In this document: in pieces, positions 37,383 through 49,116 of the stretch
Numbering within the stretch: position 1 is the stretch's first letter
How the letters are laid out: every line of letters starts with the position of its first letter
Assembly (NCBI GenBank): GCA_036517155.1
Contig: DATDXY010000009.1
Span: 2,141-66,140, forward strand
Source of the DNA: Minisyncoccota bacterium
GTDB lineage: Bacteria > Patescibacteriota > Minisyncoccia > UBA6257 > 02-FULL-45-10c
Direction: 5' to 3'
Length of the DNA: 64,000 nt
Program-made: the position numbers and the translations under genes
The notes under the pieces: model-generated
What the model saw: the letters and a program-made list of their open reading frames with translations, nothing else
Database searches by the model: none
Told to the model about the DNA's origin: nothing

Positions 37383-38384
37383 ATGAAACAGATATATGTA
37401 TCGTGGCTTTGGGTAGTGGGATGCGTGGTGGTGGGATTTGGCATAGGCTATTTTGTTTTTGACCTGCAACCAGCCGCCCAAGCTTCCAATGTTCATCGAT
37501 TTGAAATTGCCACTGGCAACGGCATGGATGAAATCGCGGTCCAATTAAAAGAAAGTGGCTTAATTCGTTCGCCAAAAGCTTTTAAGTTATTTTCTTTACT
37601 ATCTGGTTCCGCCCATCTTTTAAAACCCGGAACTTATTTTTTGAATGCCGCTTCCAGTACTCCGGCAATTGTACGAAAGCTGATTTCTGGACCAAATGAA
37701 ATTATAGCAGTAGTTATTACCGAGGGGATGACACTTCGGGATATTGATGAGCTTCTTGCTAGGAATAGGATTATTCCGCGGGGCAGTTTACTCGCGCTTT
37801 CTAGCAAATCATTTGTTGAAGATTTTCCTTTTTTGCAAGGCGTCGCTTCATTAGAGGGATATCTTTTTCCGGATACCTACCAATTTTTTTCCAGTTCCAC
37901 GCCGGGAATTGTTGTCCGAAAGTTATTAAACACCTTTGCCGCGAAAGCTTGGCCGCTTCTGGAATCGCAAAATAATTCCTATCAAAAATTAATTCTGGCT
38001 TCGCTGTTGGAAAAAGAAGTGCCGAATTATCAAGACCGCAGAGTAGTGGCGGGAATTTTATTTGAACGATTGCGATTGGGGATTGCGCTGCAGGTGGATG
38101 CGACTATTAGTTACATCAAGTGCCAAGGCGCATTTGTGTTTTGCGACCAACCCGGAGTAGCTCGGAAAGATTTAGATATTGGTTCTTTATATAACACCTA
38201 TTTACATCCGGGCGTTCCACCAGGACCAATTAGTAATCCTGGCACTGACGCGATTCTAGCCGTATTGGAACCCAGAACCTCTGATTTTTTGTATTATTTG
38301 TCTGACCCAGTTTCTAAAAAGACAATTTTTAGCCGCACACTGGATGAACATAACGAAAATCGGGTCCGGTATCTGAATCTTTAG
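37383..38384 (+). CDS. mltG: endolytic murein transglycosylase MltG (YceG-like)
   Basis: N-terminal TM; YceG domain; [17 protein letters not shown]. Confidence 0.85.
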   Translation: MKQIYVSWLWVVGCVVVGFGIGYFVFDLQPAAQASNVHRFEIATGNGMDEIAVQLKESGLIRSPKAFKLFSLLSGSAHLLKPGTYFLNAASSTPAIVRKLISGPNEIIAVVITEGMTLRDIDELLARNRIIPRGSLLALSSKSFVEDFPFLQGVASLEGYLFPDTYQFFSSSTPGIVVRKLLNTFAAKAWPLLESQNNSYQKLILASLLEKEVPNYQDRRVVAGILFERLRLGIALQVDATISYIKCQGAFVFCDQPGVARKDLDIGSLYNTYLHPGVPPGPISNPGTDAILAVLEPRTSDFLYYLSDPVSKKTIFSRTLDEHNENRVRYLNL

Positions 38385-38499
38385 AATCCCTGTTTGTCCC
38401 CAAGGGGGACTTGACGAATTCAAAATACTTAGTAAACTTAATAAATTAACTGTTTCCCTCACCAATAGACCTTATTTTCCTAGATCGGGTCCTTTTTTT

Positions 38500-41400
38500 A
38501 TGCTTAAATTACCTACTAAAGTTTTTTCATCCCATCCAGGCGCATTAATTGAACAACCGAACCTCGTAGAGATTCAAACTGCTTCTTACAAGCGTTTTCT
38601 TAAGGAGGGTTTAAAAGACTTATTTCAAGAAGTTTCCCCGATTAAAGATTATGCCGGAAAAGATTTAGAACTTTACTTTACGGATTTTTATTTTGACGAA
38701 CCGAAATACGACGAAGAATACGCAAAATTTAAAGATTTAACTTTTGAAGCAGCGCTGCGGGTAAAAATGCGGCTGAACAATAAACGCACCAACGACAAAA
38801 AAGACCAAGAAGTATATTTGGGTGATTTCCCAATGATGACAGAACGCGGCACGTTTATCATTAATGGCGTAGAGCGCGTAGTTGTATCGCAGTTGATCCG
38901 TTCGTCTGGAGTATATTTTACCGCTAATATGTGGCGGGGGAGAAAGTTGTTTGGGGCAAAAATCATCCCAAATCGCGGCGCCTGGTTAGAATTTGAAACC
39001 GATCCGGATGGTTTTATCGGAGTGAAAATCGATCGTAAACGCCGAGCGCCGGTGACGGATTTGTTGAGAATTTTTGGCATGGAAACCAATGAAGAAATCG
39101 CAGAAACTTTTGCGGATACCGATTCCAGCCAAATTAAATTCATTCAGACTACTCTGAAGAAAGATCCGGCGAAAAATATTGACGAATCTTTCTCCGAAAT
39201 TTATAAACGTATCCGGCCGGGCGATTTGGCTACGGTAGAAAACGCTAAGAGCTTGATTGAAGCCATGTTTCGCAAAGCGGATCGCTATGATTTATCCCAA
39301 GTGGGCCGATTTAAATTGAATCAGCGATTAGGCATTAAGAGCGATTCCCGCCTTTTGGAATTGACAGATTTAGTGGCGATTGTCCGAGAAATTATTCGTT
39401 TAAATAACGAACAAACCGCTGAACCGGATGATATTGACCACTTAGGGAATCGACGAGTACGACCGGTAGGGGAACTTTTGGAAAATAAATTACGCAATGG
39501 TCTGGCGCGATTACGGCGTATTGTTCAAGATCGAATGTCCACATTGGATATTAATACTTTAACCTCGGTGCAATTAGTAAATGCCCGGCCATTGATTTCC
39601 GTAGTGAAAGAATTTTTCTCTTCTTCCCAGCTATCGCAATTTATGGATCAGGTTAACCCGCTTGCGGAGCTGGAACATAAGCGCCGAATTTCGGCAATGG
39701 GTCCCGGTGGACTGACTCGCGAACGAGCTGGATTTGAAGTGCGCGATGTGCATCGTTCCCATTATGGCAGAATTTGTCCGATTGAAACTCCGGAAGGCGC
39801 CAACATTGGCTTGGTAAATCACTTGGCGAACTATGCGCGGGTGAACGAACTTGGTTTTTTGGAAACTCCCTATGTTGTCGTAGAAAAAGGAAAAGTAACA
39901 GACAAAGTTGTTTGGTTGAATGCCTTAGAGGAAGAAAAATATAAAATTGCCCATGGCGGCGTCCAATTTGATCCGGCATCCGGCAAAATTTTAGAAGATA
40001 TTGTAGAAGCAAGAATTAAAGGCGAGCCGGGTACGTGTGAGGCGTTAGAAGTAGACTTTATTGATGTTTCAACGCATCAATCGATCAGTGTAGCAACTGC
40101 CTTAATTCCGTTTCTGGAACACGATGATGCCAACCGCGCCCTGATGGGTTCCAACATGCAACGGCAAGCCGTGGTGTCGGTGCAACCAGATGCGCCTTAT
40201 GTAGGAACGGGTATGGAAGAAATCGCGGCTCGAGATTCTGGTCATGTGATTATTGCCAGCGAGGCGGGAGAAATTTTGGAAGTGGATTCCCGACATATTG
40301 TCTTAAAAACAAAGTCTGCGACCAAAAAATATCCTTTAAATAAATTCAAACGTTCCAACCAATTTACTTGTATTTCTCAACGGCCGCTGGTGCAAAAAGG
40401 CCAAAAAGTAAAAAAAGGAGAAGTATTGGCAGACGGACCGTCAATTAGCAATGGCGTGTTGGCCCTTGGGCAAAATTTGTTAGTCGCGTTTGTGTCGTGG
40501 CAGGGAGCGAACTTTGAAGATGCCATTGTCCTTTCCGAGCGAGTGGTGGAAGGGGATCGGTTCACTTCCATTCATATTGAAGATTTCTATTGTGATATTC
40601 GGGATACTAAGCTTGGCCCAGAAATGACTACTCCGGATATTCCGAACGTATCAGAAGAAAAATTAAAGAATTTGGATGAAGATGGAATAATTCGAATCGG
40701 CGCTGAAGTGAAATCTGGTGATATTTTAGTTGGAAAAATTTCTCCAAAAGGGGAAAGTGAATTAACAGCGGAAGAACGATTGCTTCGAGCGATTTTCGGG
40801 GAAAAAGCCCGCGACGTAAAAGACACATCGCTGACTATGCCACACGGAAAATATGGCCGAGTAGTTGGTATCAAGATTTTTGATCGAGAAAAAGGAGATA
40901 AGCTCGAACCAGGAATTATTAAGCGGGTGCAGGTGGAAATTGCCCAACTTCGGAAAGTAATGGCGGGCGATAAACTTGCCGGCCGTCATGGTAATAAAGG
41001 CGTTATTTCTCAAGTGCGACCAGTGGAGGATATGCCATATCTGCCAGATGGCACGCCAGTAGATATCATATTAAACCCGTTGGGCGTTGCATCTCGTATG
41101 AATCTGGGTCAGATTTTAGAAACTCATTTGGGTTGGGCGGCAAAAACTCTTGGTTATCGAGCGGTGACTGCGCCACTTGCCGGAGCAACGGAAGAGCAAA
41201 TCCGAGACGAATTGAAAAAGGCTGGTCTTCCGGAAACCGGCAAGTTGACCGTCTATGATGGCCGAACCGGCAAACCGTTTGATAATAAAGTAACGGTAGG
41301 CATCATTTATATGATGAAACTAAATCACTTGGTAGAAGACAAGATTCACATGCGTTCTATCGGACCATATTCTTTAATTACTCAACAGCCGCTTGGTGGT

Positions 41401-41691
41401 AAGGCGCAATTTGGCGGCCAGCGATTCGGGGAAATGGAAGTCTGGGCTTTGGAAGGCTATGGCGCTGCGTATACGCTTCAAGAAATGCTGACGATTAAAT
41501 CTGATGATGTATTGGGCCGTTCCGCCGCGTATGAATCCATTATCCGAGGGGAAAAGATTAAGAATCCAAACATCCCGGCATCCTTTAACGTATTGGTGAG
41601 CGAATTAAAATCCCTGGCTTTAAATGTCGATCTAATTAAATTAGACAGAGAGACCGGGAAAGAATCCCCGATGCTGAAACATAAAGAATAA
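38500..41691 (+). CDS. rpoB: DNA-directed RNA polymerase subunit beta
   Basis: 1063 aa; conserved regions incl. [27 protein letters not shown]. Confidence 0.97.
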   Translation: MLKLPTKVFSSHPGALIEQPNLVEIQTASYKRFLKEGLKDLFQEVSPIKDYAGKDLELYFTDFYFDEPKYDEEYAKFKDLTFEAALRVKMRLNNKRTNDKKDQEVYLGDFPMMTERGTFIINGVERVVVSQLIRSSGVYFTANMWRGRKLFGAKIIPNRGAWLEFETDPDGFIGVKIDRKRRAPVTDLLRIFGMETNEEIAETFADTDSSQIKFIQTTLKKDPAKNIDESFSEIYKRIRPGDLATVENAKSLIEAMFRKADRYDLSQVGRFKLNQRLGIKSDSRLLELTDLVAIVREIIRLNNEQTAEPDDIDHLGNRRVRPVGELLENKLRNGLARLRRIVQDRMSTLDINTLTSVQLVNARPLISVVKEFFSSSQLSQFMDQVNPLAELEHKRRISAMGPGGLTRERAGFEVRDVHRSHYGRICPIETPEGANIGLVNHLANYARVNELGFLETPYVVVEKGKVTDKVVWLNALEEEKYKIAHGGVQFDPASGKILEDIVEARIKGEPGTCEALEVDFIDVSTHQSISVATALIPFLEHDDANRALMGSNMQRQAVVSVQPDAPYVGTGMEEIAARDSGHVIIASEAGEILEVDSRHIVLKTKSATKKYPLNKFKRSNQFTCISQRPLVQKGQKVKKGEVLADGPSISNGVLALGQNLLVAFVSWQGANFEDAIVLSERVVEGDRFTSIHIEDFYCDIRDTKLGPEMTTPDIPNVSEEKLKNLDEDGIIRIGAEVKSGDILVGKISPKGESELTAEERLLRAIFGEKARDVKDTSLTMPHGKYGRVVGIKIFDREKGDKLEPGIIKRVQVEIAQLRKVMAGDKLAGRHGNKGVISQVRPVEDMPYLPDGTPVDIILNPLGVASRMNLGQILETHLGWAAKTLGYRAVTAPLAGATEEQIRDELKKAGLPETGKLTVYDGRTGKPFDNKVTVGIIYMMKLNHLVEDKIHMRSIGPYSLITQQPLGGKAQFGGQRFGEMEVWALEGYGAAYTLQEMLTIKSDDVLGRSAAYESIIRGEKIKNPNIPASFNVLVSELKSLALNVDLIKLDRETGKESPMLKHKE

Positions 41692-41692
41692 T

Positions 41693-44600
41693 ATGTATAC
41701 TTTTGACGCTATTAAATTAAAAATTGCTTCCCCGGAAGACATCTTGAAATGGTCTCATGGTGAAGTATTAAAGCCGGAGACAATCAATTATCGGACTCAG
41801 CGACCAGAAAAAGACAGCTTGTTTTCGGAACGGATTTTTGGTCCAACGAAAGACTGGGAATGCTATTGCGGCAAATATCGCCGAATTCGTTATAAGGGTA
41901 TTGTGTGCGATAAATGCGGCGTAGAAGTGACTCGTTCCATTGTTCGCCGAGAACGGATGGGACATATCAAGTTAGCCACGCCGGTTACTCATATTTGGTT
42001 TTTACGGACTAATCCTTCCAAAATTAGTTTGCTTTTAGATGTGCCGTTGCCGAAAGTGGAAAAGGTGATTTATTATGCCGCGCACATTATTACGTCGGTG
42101 AATCAAGAAAATAAAAAGCGAGTTTTGGAAGAATTGGACCGGGAATTCGAATCCCGTAAAAAAACTGTTCGCCAAGAGGGGGTGCGGACTGCAGAACTCC
42201 GTTCGGCGTTAAACGAGGGTAAAAAATTAGTGGAAGCGTTAACCGTAGGAACGGTGCTGACCGAAACCGAATTTTATAATTTAGCCAAACGTTTTGGCGA
42301 TGTCTTTGAGGCAGGCACCGGATCGGGAGCAATTCGGAAAATTTTAGAAAATATTGACCTAAAAAAATTAACGGAAGAAATTAAAAAGGAATTAAAAGAT
42401 GTTATAGATCCGTTAGTGGAACGGCGCTTGCTTCGTCGTTTGAAAATCGCTGTCATGATGGAGCGGCAGCATATGCGGCCGGAATGGATGATTATGACAG
42501 TGCTCCCAATATTGCCACCGGATCTTCGTCCGATGGTAGCTTTAGACGGCGGCCGATATGCCACTTCTGATTTGAACGATTTATATCGACGAGTTATCAA
42601 TCGAAATAACCGATTGAAAAAATTATTGGAACTCAAAGCGCCGGAAGTAATTGTTGTGAACGAAAAACGAATGCTGCAGGAAGCCGTAGATGCTTTAATT
42701 GATAATTCCGCGCGGTTTGGTTCCCAACAAATGTCTAGTCAACGTCGGCCATTGCGTTCCTTGTCTGATATGTTGAAGGGCAAGCAGGGGCGATTCCGTC
42801 AGAACTTGCTTGGAAAACGGGTAGATTATTCCGGCCGCTCCGTTATCGTAATCGGTCCGGAGCTTCAATTGGGAGAATGCGGTTTGCCGAAACGAATGGC
42901 TTTGGAATTATTCAAGCCCTTTGTCATTAGTAAAATTATTGAACGGGGTTTAGCGCACAATATTCGCAACTCCAATCGATTAATTGAACAGACACCACCG
43001 GAAGTGTGGGAAATTTTGGAAGAGGTAATTGCGAACCGAAAAGTCTTGCTCAATCGCGCTCCTACTTTGCATCGTCTGGGTGTCCAAGCATTTAAACCAG
43101 TGTTGATTGAAGATTTGGCGATTCGCATCCCGCCAATGGTATGCACAGCGTTTAACGCGGACTTTGATGGTGACCAAATGGCAGTGCATTTGCCGCTTTC
43201 GGAAGAAGCGCAAAAAGAAGCTACGGAAATCATGTATTCTGTTATGAACTTATTAAAGCCAGCGAACGGCGATCCGATTGTGTACCCGACTCAAGATATT
43301 GTTTTGGGTTCATATTACCTGACTAAAATCCGCAAAGATGCGAATGGCACCGGAAAAATTTTTGCAACGAACGAAGAGGCATTACTTGCCTACGAGCATG
43401 ACATTGTGGCGCTGAATGCCGCAGTGCGCATTGGTAAGACGGAAACATCCGTTGGCAGAATTATCTTTAACGAAGCGTTGCCGAAAGATCTGGAATTTGT
43501 AAATAAAACGTTAAATAAAAAAGAACTTTCTAAATTGATTGGCGTGATTATCAGCAAATACACTCCGGAAGAATCCAGCCAGCGTTTGGATGCGATTAAA
43601 AAAATTGGTTTTGAATATGCGACTCGAGCCGGTATTACTTGGAGTATCAGCGATTTAATCATCCCGAAAGAGAAGCCGCAGATTATGGAGAAAGCGGAAA
43701 AAGAAGTGGAAATCATTCATCAACATTTTGAAGAGGGGTTATTAACTGACAGCGAACGGAAAGCGCGTGTTATCAGCGTTTGGGAGCGAGTGAAAGGTGA
43801 CATTGCCAAATTGGTGCCGCTGACGCTTTCGGAGGAAAATCCGGTATTCAATATTATTGATTCCGGTTCTCGTGGTTCTTGGGCGCCATTGGTGCAGATG
43901 ATGGGTATGAAAGGTTTGGTGGCCAATCCAAAAAATGAAACTATTGAATTACCAGTCAAAGCTTCTTTAAAAGAGGGCATGAGCGTATTGGAATACTTTA
44001 TTTCCACGCACGGTGCTCGAAAAGGAACGACCGATACCGCTTTAAAAACAGCTTCTGCGGGTTATTTGACTCGACGCCTAATTGATGTTTCTCAAGATTT
44101 AGTAATTCGGGAGGAAGATTGCCGGACCAAAGAGGGTATTGATTTAGCGCGCGCGGATGGCGCGGAATTTGGCCAATCTTTTGACGTCCAGCTTTTCTCT
44201 CGAACGGCATTAGAAGATGTGAAAGTAAATGGCAAAACAATTATTAAGGCTGGTGAGATCTTTGATCGAGATACCGCAGAGATTGTTGCCGAATCCAATA
44301 TTCCGGTAGTGAAAATTCGTTCTCCAATCACCTGCAAAACGTTGTATGGCTTGTGCAGTAAATGTTATGGATATGATCTTGGTAATAACCAGCCAGTGAA
44401 AAATGGGGCAGCGGTGGGTATTGTTGCGGCTCAGTCCATTGGCGAACCAGGAACGCAATTGACGATGAGAACGTTCCACATTGGTGGCGTAGCCGGGGCA
44501 GATATTACTCATGGCTTGCCTAGAATTGAAGAAGTCTTTGAGGCGCGGCCGCCAAAAGGCAAAGCTTTTCTTGCGGAAGAAGACGGCATTGTGGATAGCA

Positions 44601-45250
44601 TTGAAGAAAAAGGACTTTTGAAGATATTGCGGCTTAAAACGGAGAGCGGCAAAAAAGAACAAATGTTGGAATATTCTTTGCCTCGAAATGCAACGGTTTT
44701 TGTGAAAATCGGCGATCCAGTCAAGAAAGGAGACCAATTATGCGAGGGGAACTTAGACTTGAAAGAAATCTTTATTTTTAATGGCGGCCGGGAAGTAGAA
44801 CGTTACGTTATCAATGAAGTGCAAAAGATTTACTTCAATGAAGGCGCGGCAATCAACAACAAGCACATTGAAATTATCGTGCGGCAAATGTTCTCTCGAG
44901 TAAAAATTAAAGAATCCGGAGACACAGAATTCGTTGCTGGCGATGTAATAGAAAAATCTCGTTTCTTGGAAATGAATCGGAAAGCGAAGAAAGCGGGGGA
45001 TCAGCCGGCAAAAGCTACCCAGCTTTTACTTGGAGTAACCAAAGTAGCGCTTTCTACTGAAAGCTTCTTATCCGCTTCGTCTTTCCAGGAAACTGCCAGA
45101 GTGTTAGTAAATGCCGCAAATGAAGGTAAGGTGGATCTTCTTCGCGGCCTTAAAGAAAATGTCATTATTGGTCGTCTAATCCCCGTAGGAACCGGCTTGC
45201 AGCCCAATCTGGAACCCCTAGAAGAATCTTTAGGGGAAGACGAGGAATAA
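41693..45250 (+). CDS. rpoC: DNA-directed RNA polymerase subunit beta'
   Basis: 1185 aa; zinc-binding CxxC...CxxC near the N-terminus and NADFDGDQMAVH catalytic motif. Confidence 0.97.
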   Translation: MYTFDAIKLKIASPEDILKWSHGEVLKPETINYRTQRPEKDSLFSERIFGPTKDWECYCGKYRRIRYKGIVCDKCGVEVTRSIVRRERMGHIKLATPVTHIWFLRTNPSKISLLLDVPLPKVEKVIYYAAHIITSVNQENKKRVLEELDREFESRKKTVRQEGVRTAELRSALNEGKKLVEALTVGTVLTETEFYNLAKRFGDVFEAGTGSGAIRKILENIDLKKLTEEIKKELKDVIDPLVERRLLRRLKIAVMMERQHMRPEWMIMTVLPILPPDLRPMVALDGGRYATSDLNDLYRRVINRNNRLKKLLELKAPEVIVVNEKRMLQEAVDALIDNSARFGSQQMSSQRRPLRSLSDMLKGKQGRFRQNLLGKRVDYSGRSVIVIGPELQLGECGLPKRMALELFKPFVISKIIERGLAHNIRNSNRLIEQTPPEVWEILEEVIANRKVLLNRAPTLHRLGVQAFKPVLIEDLAIRIPPMVCTAFNADFDGDQMAVHLPLSEEAQKEATEIMYSVMNLLKPANGDPIVYPTQDIVLGSYYLTKIRKDANGTGKIFATNEEALLAYEHDIVALNAAVRIGKTETSVGRIIFNEALPKDLEFVNKTLNKKELSKLIGVIISKYTPEESSQRLDAIKKIGFEYATRAGITWSISDLIIPKEKPQIMEKAEKEVEIIHQHFEEGLLTDSERKARVISVWERVKGDIAKLVPLTLSEENPVFNIIDSGSRGSWAPLVQMMGMKGLVANPKNETIELPVKASLKEGMSVLEYFISTHGARKGTTDTALKTASAGYLTRRLIDVSQDLVIREEDCRTKEGIDLARADGAEFGQSFDVQLFSRTALEDVKVNGKTIIKAGEIFDRDTAEIVAESNIPVVKIRSPITCKTLYGLCSKCYGYDLGNNQPVKNGAAVGIVAAQSIGEPGTQLTMRTFHIGGVAGADITHGLPRIEEVFEARPPKGKAFLAEEDGIVDSIEEKGLLKILRLKTESGKKEQMLEYSLPRNATVFVKIGDPVKKGDQLCEGNLDLKEIFIFNGGREVERYVINEVQKIYFNEGAAINNKHIEIIVRQMFSRVKIKESGDTEFVAGDVIEKSRFLEMNRKAKKAGDQPAKATQLLLGVTKVALSTESFLSASSFQETARVLVNAANEGKVDLLRGLKENVIIGRLIPVGTGLQPNLEPLEESLGEDEE

Positions 45251-45288
45251 GTTGCATTTTATAGGGATTTTTGCTAGTCTAAGTCGTC

Positions 45289-45696
45289 ATGAAAACTGAT
45301 TCTAAATTATACGAAATTGCCTTTTTACTCAAAGATCCAGAGGGGGAAAAAGACCTTGTACAAATTATTGCCCAACATAATGGAACGATTAAGGTGCAGC
45401 AGCCAGCCAAGGCAATTCGACTTGCTTATCCGATTACCAAGCATACCTCGGCATACTTTGGTTTTATGCATTGCGATCTTCCGGCGAGTGCCATTGAATC
45501 GATTGATCGGACATTGAAATTAAATAAAAATGTCATTCGTTTTCTGATTGTAATCCCACCGTTAATTAAGGCTTCAAAAACGGAACGAAAATCCGATGGC
45601 CGGAGGCTGGTTAAAAAAGTTGCTTCCACAAAGTCGCTTTTAACCAATGATGTGTTGGAAGAAAAATTAGCCGCATTAGAAAATGAATCTAAATAA
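45289..45696 (+). CDS. rpsF: 30S ribosomal protein S6
   Basis: LYEIAFLL...; 135 aa with extended C-terminus. Confidence 0.85.
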   Translation: MKTDSKLYEIAFLLKDPEGEKDLVQIIAQHNGTIKVQQPAKAIRLAYPITKHTSAYFGFMHCDLPASAIESIDRTLKLNKNVIRFLIVIPPLIKASKTERKSDGRRLVKKVASTKSLLTNDVLEEKLAALENESK

Positions 45697-46126
45697 AGTA
45701 TTTATTTTAGGTCGTTTGACGGGTGATCCGCTTTTGCGGAGCACGCCCACCGGCGTTCAGGTGGCAAATTTTTCTATCGCTACGAATCGAGTTTGGACGG
45801 ATAAAACCGGCGGGCGAAAAGAAGAAACCCAGTATCACAACGTAGTACTTTGGGGTCGGCAAGCGGAGATTGCGAATCGGTTTTTGAAAAAAGGAGCGCT
45901 GGTGTTGGTGGAGGGGCGATTACAGACCCGGGATTGGGAAGATAAACAGGGGCAAAAACGAAAAACCACGGAAATTATCGGTGAGCGGTTGCAATTAGGG
46001 CCACGTCCGGGAGGATTCAGCGCAGCGCCAAAAGGTGAAGAAGTGATGGAAAAAACGGAGGCGTTGCCCACTATCGAAATCGGTGATACGGAGGGAGATA
46101 TAAAGTCAGAAGATTTACCATTTTAA
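45683..46126 (+). CDS. ssb: single-stranded DNA-binding protein
   Basis: OB-fold N-terminus (NKVFILGRLTGDP...); acidic tail ending DLPF. Confidence 0.9.
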   Translation: MNLNKVFILGRLTGDPLLRSTPTGVQVANFSIATNRVWTDKTGGRKEETQYHNVVLWGRQAEIANRFLKKGALVLVEGRLQTRDWEDKQGQKRKTTEIIGERLQLGPRPGGFSAAPKGEEVMEKTEALPTIEIGDTEGDIKSEDLPF

Positions 46127-46142
46127 GATTTTCCACAAAATT

Positions 46143-46343
46143 ATGAACCAATGCTTTTTTTGTTCACAAAATTTAAAAGAAATAGATTATAAAGACATCG
46201 AATTAATTCGCCGGTTTATTTCTGGGCAGGCAAAAATTATTGATCCGCGATTTACCGGAACCTGCGCCAAACATCAGCGAGCGCTTGCTCAAGCGATTAA
46301 GCGTGCTCGTTTCATGAGTCTTTTGCCGTTTGTGCGGCGTTAA
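46143..46343 (+). CDS. rpsR: 30S ribosomal protein S18
   Basis: CFFC...IDYKDIELIRRFIS...KIIDPRFTG...RALAQAIKRAR. Confidence 0.85.
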   Translation: MNQCFFCSQNLKEIDYKDIELIRRFISGQAKIIDPRFTGTCAKHQRALAQAIKRARFMSLLPFVRR

Positions 46344-46896
46344 TTTCTTTCGCAGTATGTTTGATCTTCGGATTTTTAATGCAATTCACAATCTTGCGGG
46401 TGTTTCTCGGTTTTTAGATCTCTTAGGAATTTATTTATCTGATTCCTTTGGATATTTATTGATTGTGACCGTGGTGTTTTTTCTGATTCGAGAAAAAGAT
46501 TGGCAAATTCGATATAAAAATTTGTTTTTTGTCATTCTCTCCCTGGTTCTTTCTCGGGGAATTATTACAGAATTAATCCGCATCTTATACAATCGGCCCC
46601 GGCCATTTTCTGCATTGAATTTTGAACCGCTTATCATGCATGGGCCGGGGTTTGCTTTCCCGTCTGGCCATACGGTATTTTATTTTACGCTTGCTTTCGC
46701 TATATGGCACATAAATAAAAAATGGGGACAGTGGTTATTGGCCGGCGCATTTATTTTGGGTTTAGCGCGTGTATTTATCGGAGTACATTGGCCGTTCGAT
46801 ATCTTGGGTGGTATCGCCGTCGCTTGGCTAGGCGTGCTGATAACAAAGAAATTCCTCGTATCGCGTATTCAATCCGCAACCAATGAAACTCCATAG
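46330..46896 (+). CDS. PAP2-family phosphatase (undecaprenyl-diphosphatase/PgpB-like)
   Basis: PSGHT ... GVHWPFDILGG motifs. Confidence 0.75.
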   Translation: MCGVNFFRSMFDLRIFNAIHNLAGVSRFLDLLGIYLSDSFGYLLIVTVVFFLIREKDWQIRYKNLFFVILSLVLSRGIITELIRILYNRPRPFSALNFEPLIMHGPGFAFPSGHTVFYFTLAFAIWHINKKWGQWLLAGAFILGLARVFIGVHWPFDILGGIAVAWLGVLITKKFLVSRIQSATNETP

Positions 46897-47581
46897 GTTT
46901 TTTGGCGATTTTTTATTTACGGCATCGCGTGTACAGAGTTCGGACCCCACTTTTATTCATCAATTAAAGAATGTGCTGCGGGTGGAAATTGGCGAGGAAG
47001 TATTATTGTGCGATGGCAAGGGCCGAGAGGCGATTGCCACGTTGACGAGTTTGGAAAAAAATCGAGCAGAATTTGAAATAGTGAAGCTGCAAAAAAATAA
47101 AAATGAACCCGAGCGAATGCTTACGTTGTATTGTGCGATTTTAAAAAGAGAAAATTTCGAATGGGTAGCGCAAAAAGCAACGGAAATCGGCGTGAAAACA
47201 ATTGTGCCGATTCGCACCGCGTATACGGTAAAGTTAGATTTAAATCGAGAGCGCATTCAAAAAATTATCAAAGAATCGGCAGAGCAATCTGGGCGGGGCG
47301 TATGTCCGGAGCTTTCTGGAATAATGGATATGGCCGATGCGTTAACTCAGGGAGACAATCTTCATGAAGAGATTCTATTACTAGATGTCGGTGGAAATCC
47401 CATCAAACCACTGGGGAATAAAAAGAATATCGGTCTTTTTGTCGGTCCAGAGGGCGGGTGGAGCGTGGCAGAGTTAGAACAATTTAGAAAATTAAAATGT
47501 AAAACAGTTTCTTTAGGCCCATTAACCCTCAGAGCTGAAACCGCAGCTATAATTGGCAGTTATATAATTATACGTATATGA
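46883..47581 (+). CDS. rsmE: 16S rRNA (uracil1498-N3)-methyltransferase RsmE
   Basis: MKLHRFF start, PUA-like N-domain, C-terminal LGPLTLRAETAAI. Confidence 0.8.
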   Translation: MKLHRFFGDFLFTASRVQSSDPTFIHQLKNVLRVEIGEEVLLCDGKGREAIATLTSLEKNRAEFEIVKLQKNKNEPERMLTLYCAILKRENFEWVAQKATEIGVKTIVPIRTAYTVKLDLNRERIQKIIKESAEQSGRGVCPELSGIMDMADALTQGDNLHEEILLLDVGGNPIKPLGNKKNIGLFVGPEGGWSVAELEQFRKLKCKTVSLGPLTLRAETAAIIGSYIIIRI

Positions 47582-49110
47582 AAATCGCATCCAAAGTAGT
47601 GTCTCTAGAAGATTTAGTTAATATTGTCGGTAAGCTTAGAAAGTCCGGAAAACGCATTGTGCATTGCCACGGAGTATTTGATCTTTTACATCCCGGCCAT
47701 CTGCTCCATTTTCAAGCAGCCAAGCAGCAAGGGGACATATTGGTTGTCACTCTCACTCCAGACCATTACGTAGGTAAGGGACCCGGTCGGCCAGTTTTCA
47801 ATCATCGTTTGCGCGCTGAATCCGTCGCAGCGCTTACTCATGTGGATTATGTGGCGGTCAATGATCAACCAACGGCAGTAACGCTGATTCAACGCTTAAA
47901 GCCGGATATTTATGCTAAAGGCAGCGATTACAAAAATGCCGAAGACGATTTAACTGGTAAAATTACGGAAGAAGAAATGGCGGTGAACTCAGTGGGTGGC
48001 AGGCTGCATTTTACTAATGAACTTTCTTTTAGTTCTACCGAGCTTTTGAATCGGCACTATATGGTATATCCGGACCAAGCCCAGTCTTTTTTGGAATCTT
48101 TCCGTAAAAATTATTCCGTAGATTCCGTAATTCAGAAATTAAAAAGTTTGCAATCTTTGAAAGTATTAATCATTGGCGAGGCGATTATTGATGAATATCA
48201 TTATTGCGAACCAATGGGGAAGTCGCCAAAAGAAAGTATTGTTGCGTCCCGATATCTTCATGAAGAAATTTTTCCCGGTGGCGTATTAGCCTGCGCAAAC
48301 CATGCCGCTGGTTTTTGCAATCAAGTGAATTTAGTTACTCAACTGGGAACGGCAGAGCAAAGTCATTTTGAACCATTTGTCCGTAATGCGTTAAAGCCTC
48401 AGGTGCAACCAACGTTATTTTTCCGGAAAGATGCTCCAACAATTGTGAAACGCCGTTTTGTCTGGCAACCATTCATGACGAAATTGTTTGAAATAGCTTT
48501 CTTAAGCGACCAGCCTACCCCAAAAACATTAGAAAAAAATATGCTTAAAACGTTAAGCAAACTGGTGGCAAAAGCGGATGTAGTCATCGCGGTGGATTAT
48601 GGTCATGGTTTTTTTACCCCAACATTAATTGATTTTCTCACTAAAAAATCCAAATTTTTTGCAGTGAATGTTCAAACCAATAGCGCGAATACTGGTTTTA
48701 ATACTTTAAGCAAATATCCCCATGCTGATTATGTATGCATTGATGAACGAGAAATGCGGATTGAGCATAAAGATAAATTCACTGATCTCCATGCCTTGAT
48801 TGAAAAAACTGCCAGTCGAATGAAAGCTCGATATGTAACCGTAACCCACGGCCATCATGGTTCGGTGGTATATGCGAAAGGAAAAGGCTTTTTTCAAACT
48901 CCAATTTTCTCAAAAGAAATTGTAGATCGTGTCGGTGCCGGGGACGCATTTTTAGCAGTAACTGCGCCATGTGCCGCGAAGGGCTTCCCACCAGAATTAA
49001 TCGGTTTTATTGGCAATACCGTGGGCGCGCTTGCGGTGAAAATCGTTGGCAACCGGAACGCGGTAGAGCCGATTCCGCTTTTTAAATTTATTACAGCGCT
49101 CTTAAAATGA
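47578..49110 (+). CDS. bifunctional HldE-like enzyme with reversed domain order: N-terminal heptose-1-P nucleotidyltransferase-like, C-terminal PfkB-family sugar kinase
   Basis: N-term VHCHGVFDLLHPGH (cytidylyltransferase HxGH); C-term PfkB signature GAGDAFLAV and VLIIGEAIIDEY. Confidence 0.7.
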   Translation: MKIASKVVSLEDLVNIVGKLRKSGKRIVHCHGVFDLLHPGHLLHFQAAKQQGDILVVTLTPDHYVGKGPGRPVFNHRLRAESVAALTHVDYVAVNDQPTAVTLIQRLKPDIYAKGSDYKNAEDDLTGKITEEEMAVNSVGGRLHFTNELSFSSTELLNRHYMVYPDQAQSFLESFRKNYSVDSVIQKLKSLQSLKVLIIGEAIIDEYHYCEPMGKSPKESIVASRYLHEEIFPGGVLACANHAAGFCNQVNLVTQLGTAEQSHFEPFVRNALKPQVQPTLFFRKDAPTIVKRRFVWQPFMTKLFEIAFLSDQPTPKTLEKNMLKTLSKLVAKADVVIAVDYGHGFFTPTLIDFLTKKSKFFAVNVQTNSANTGFNTLSKYPHADYVCIDEREMRIEHKDKFTDLHALIEKTASRMKARYVTVTHGHHGSVVYAKGKGFFQTPIFSKEIVDRVGAGDAFLAVTAPCAAKGFPPELIGFIGNTVGALAVKIVGNRNAVEPIPLFKFITALLK

Positions 49111-49116
49111 GTTTTC

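Noticed and set aside
38688-45207. Numerous antisense/out-of-frame ORFs within rpoB and rpoC
   Set aside because: They overlap the strongly supported rpoB/rpoC frames.
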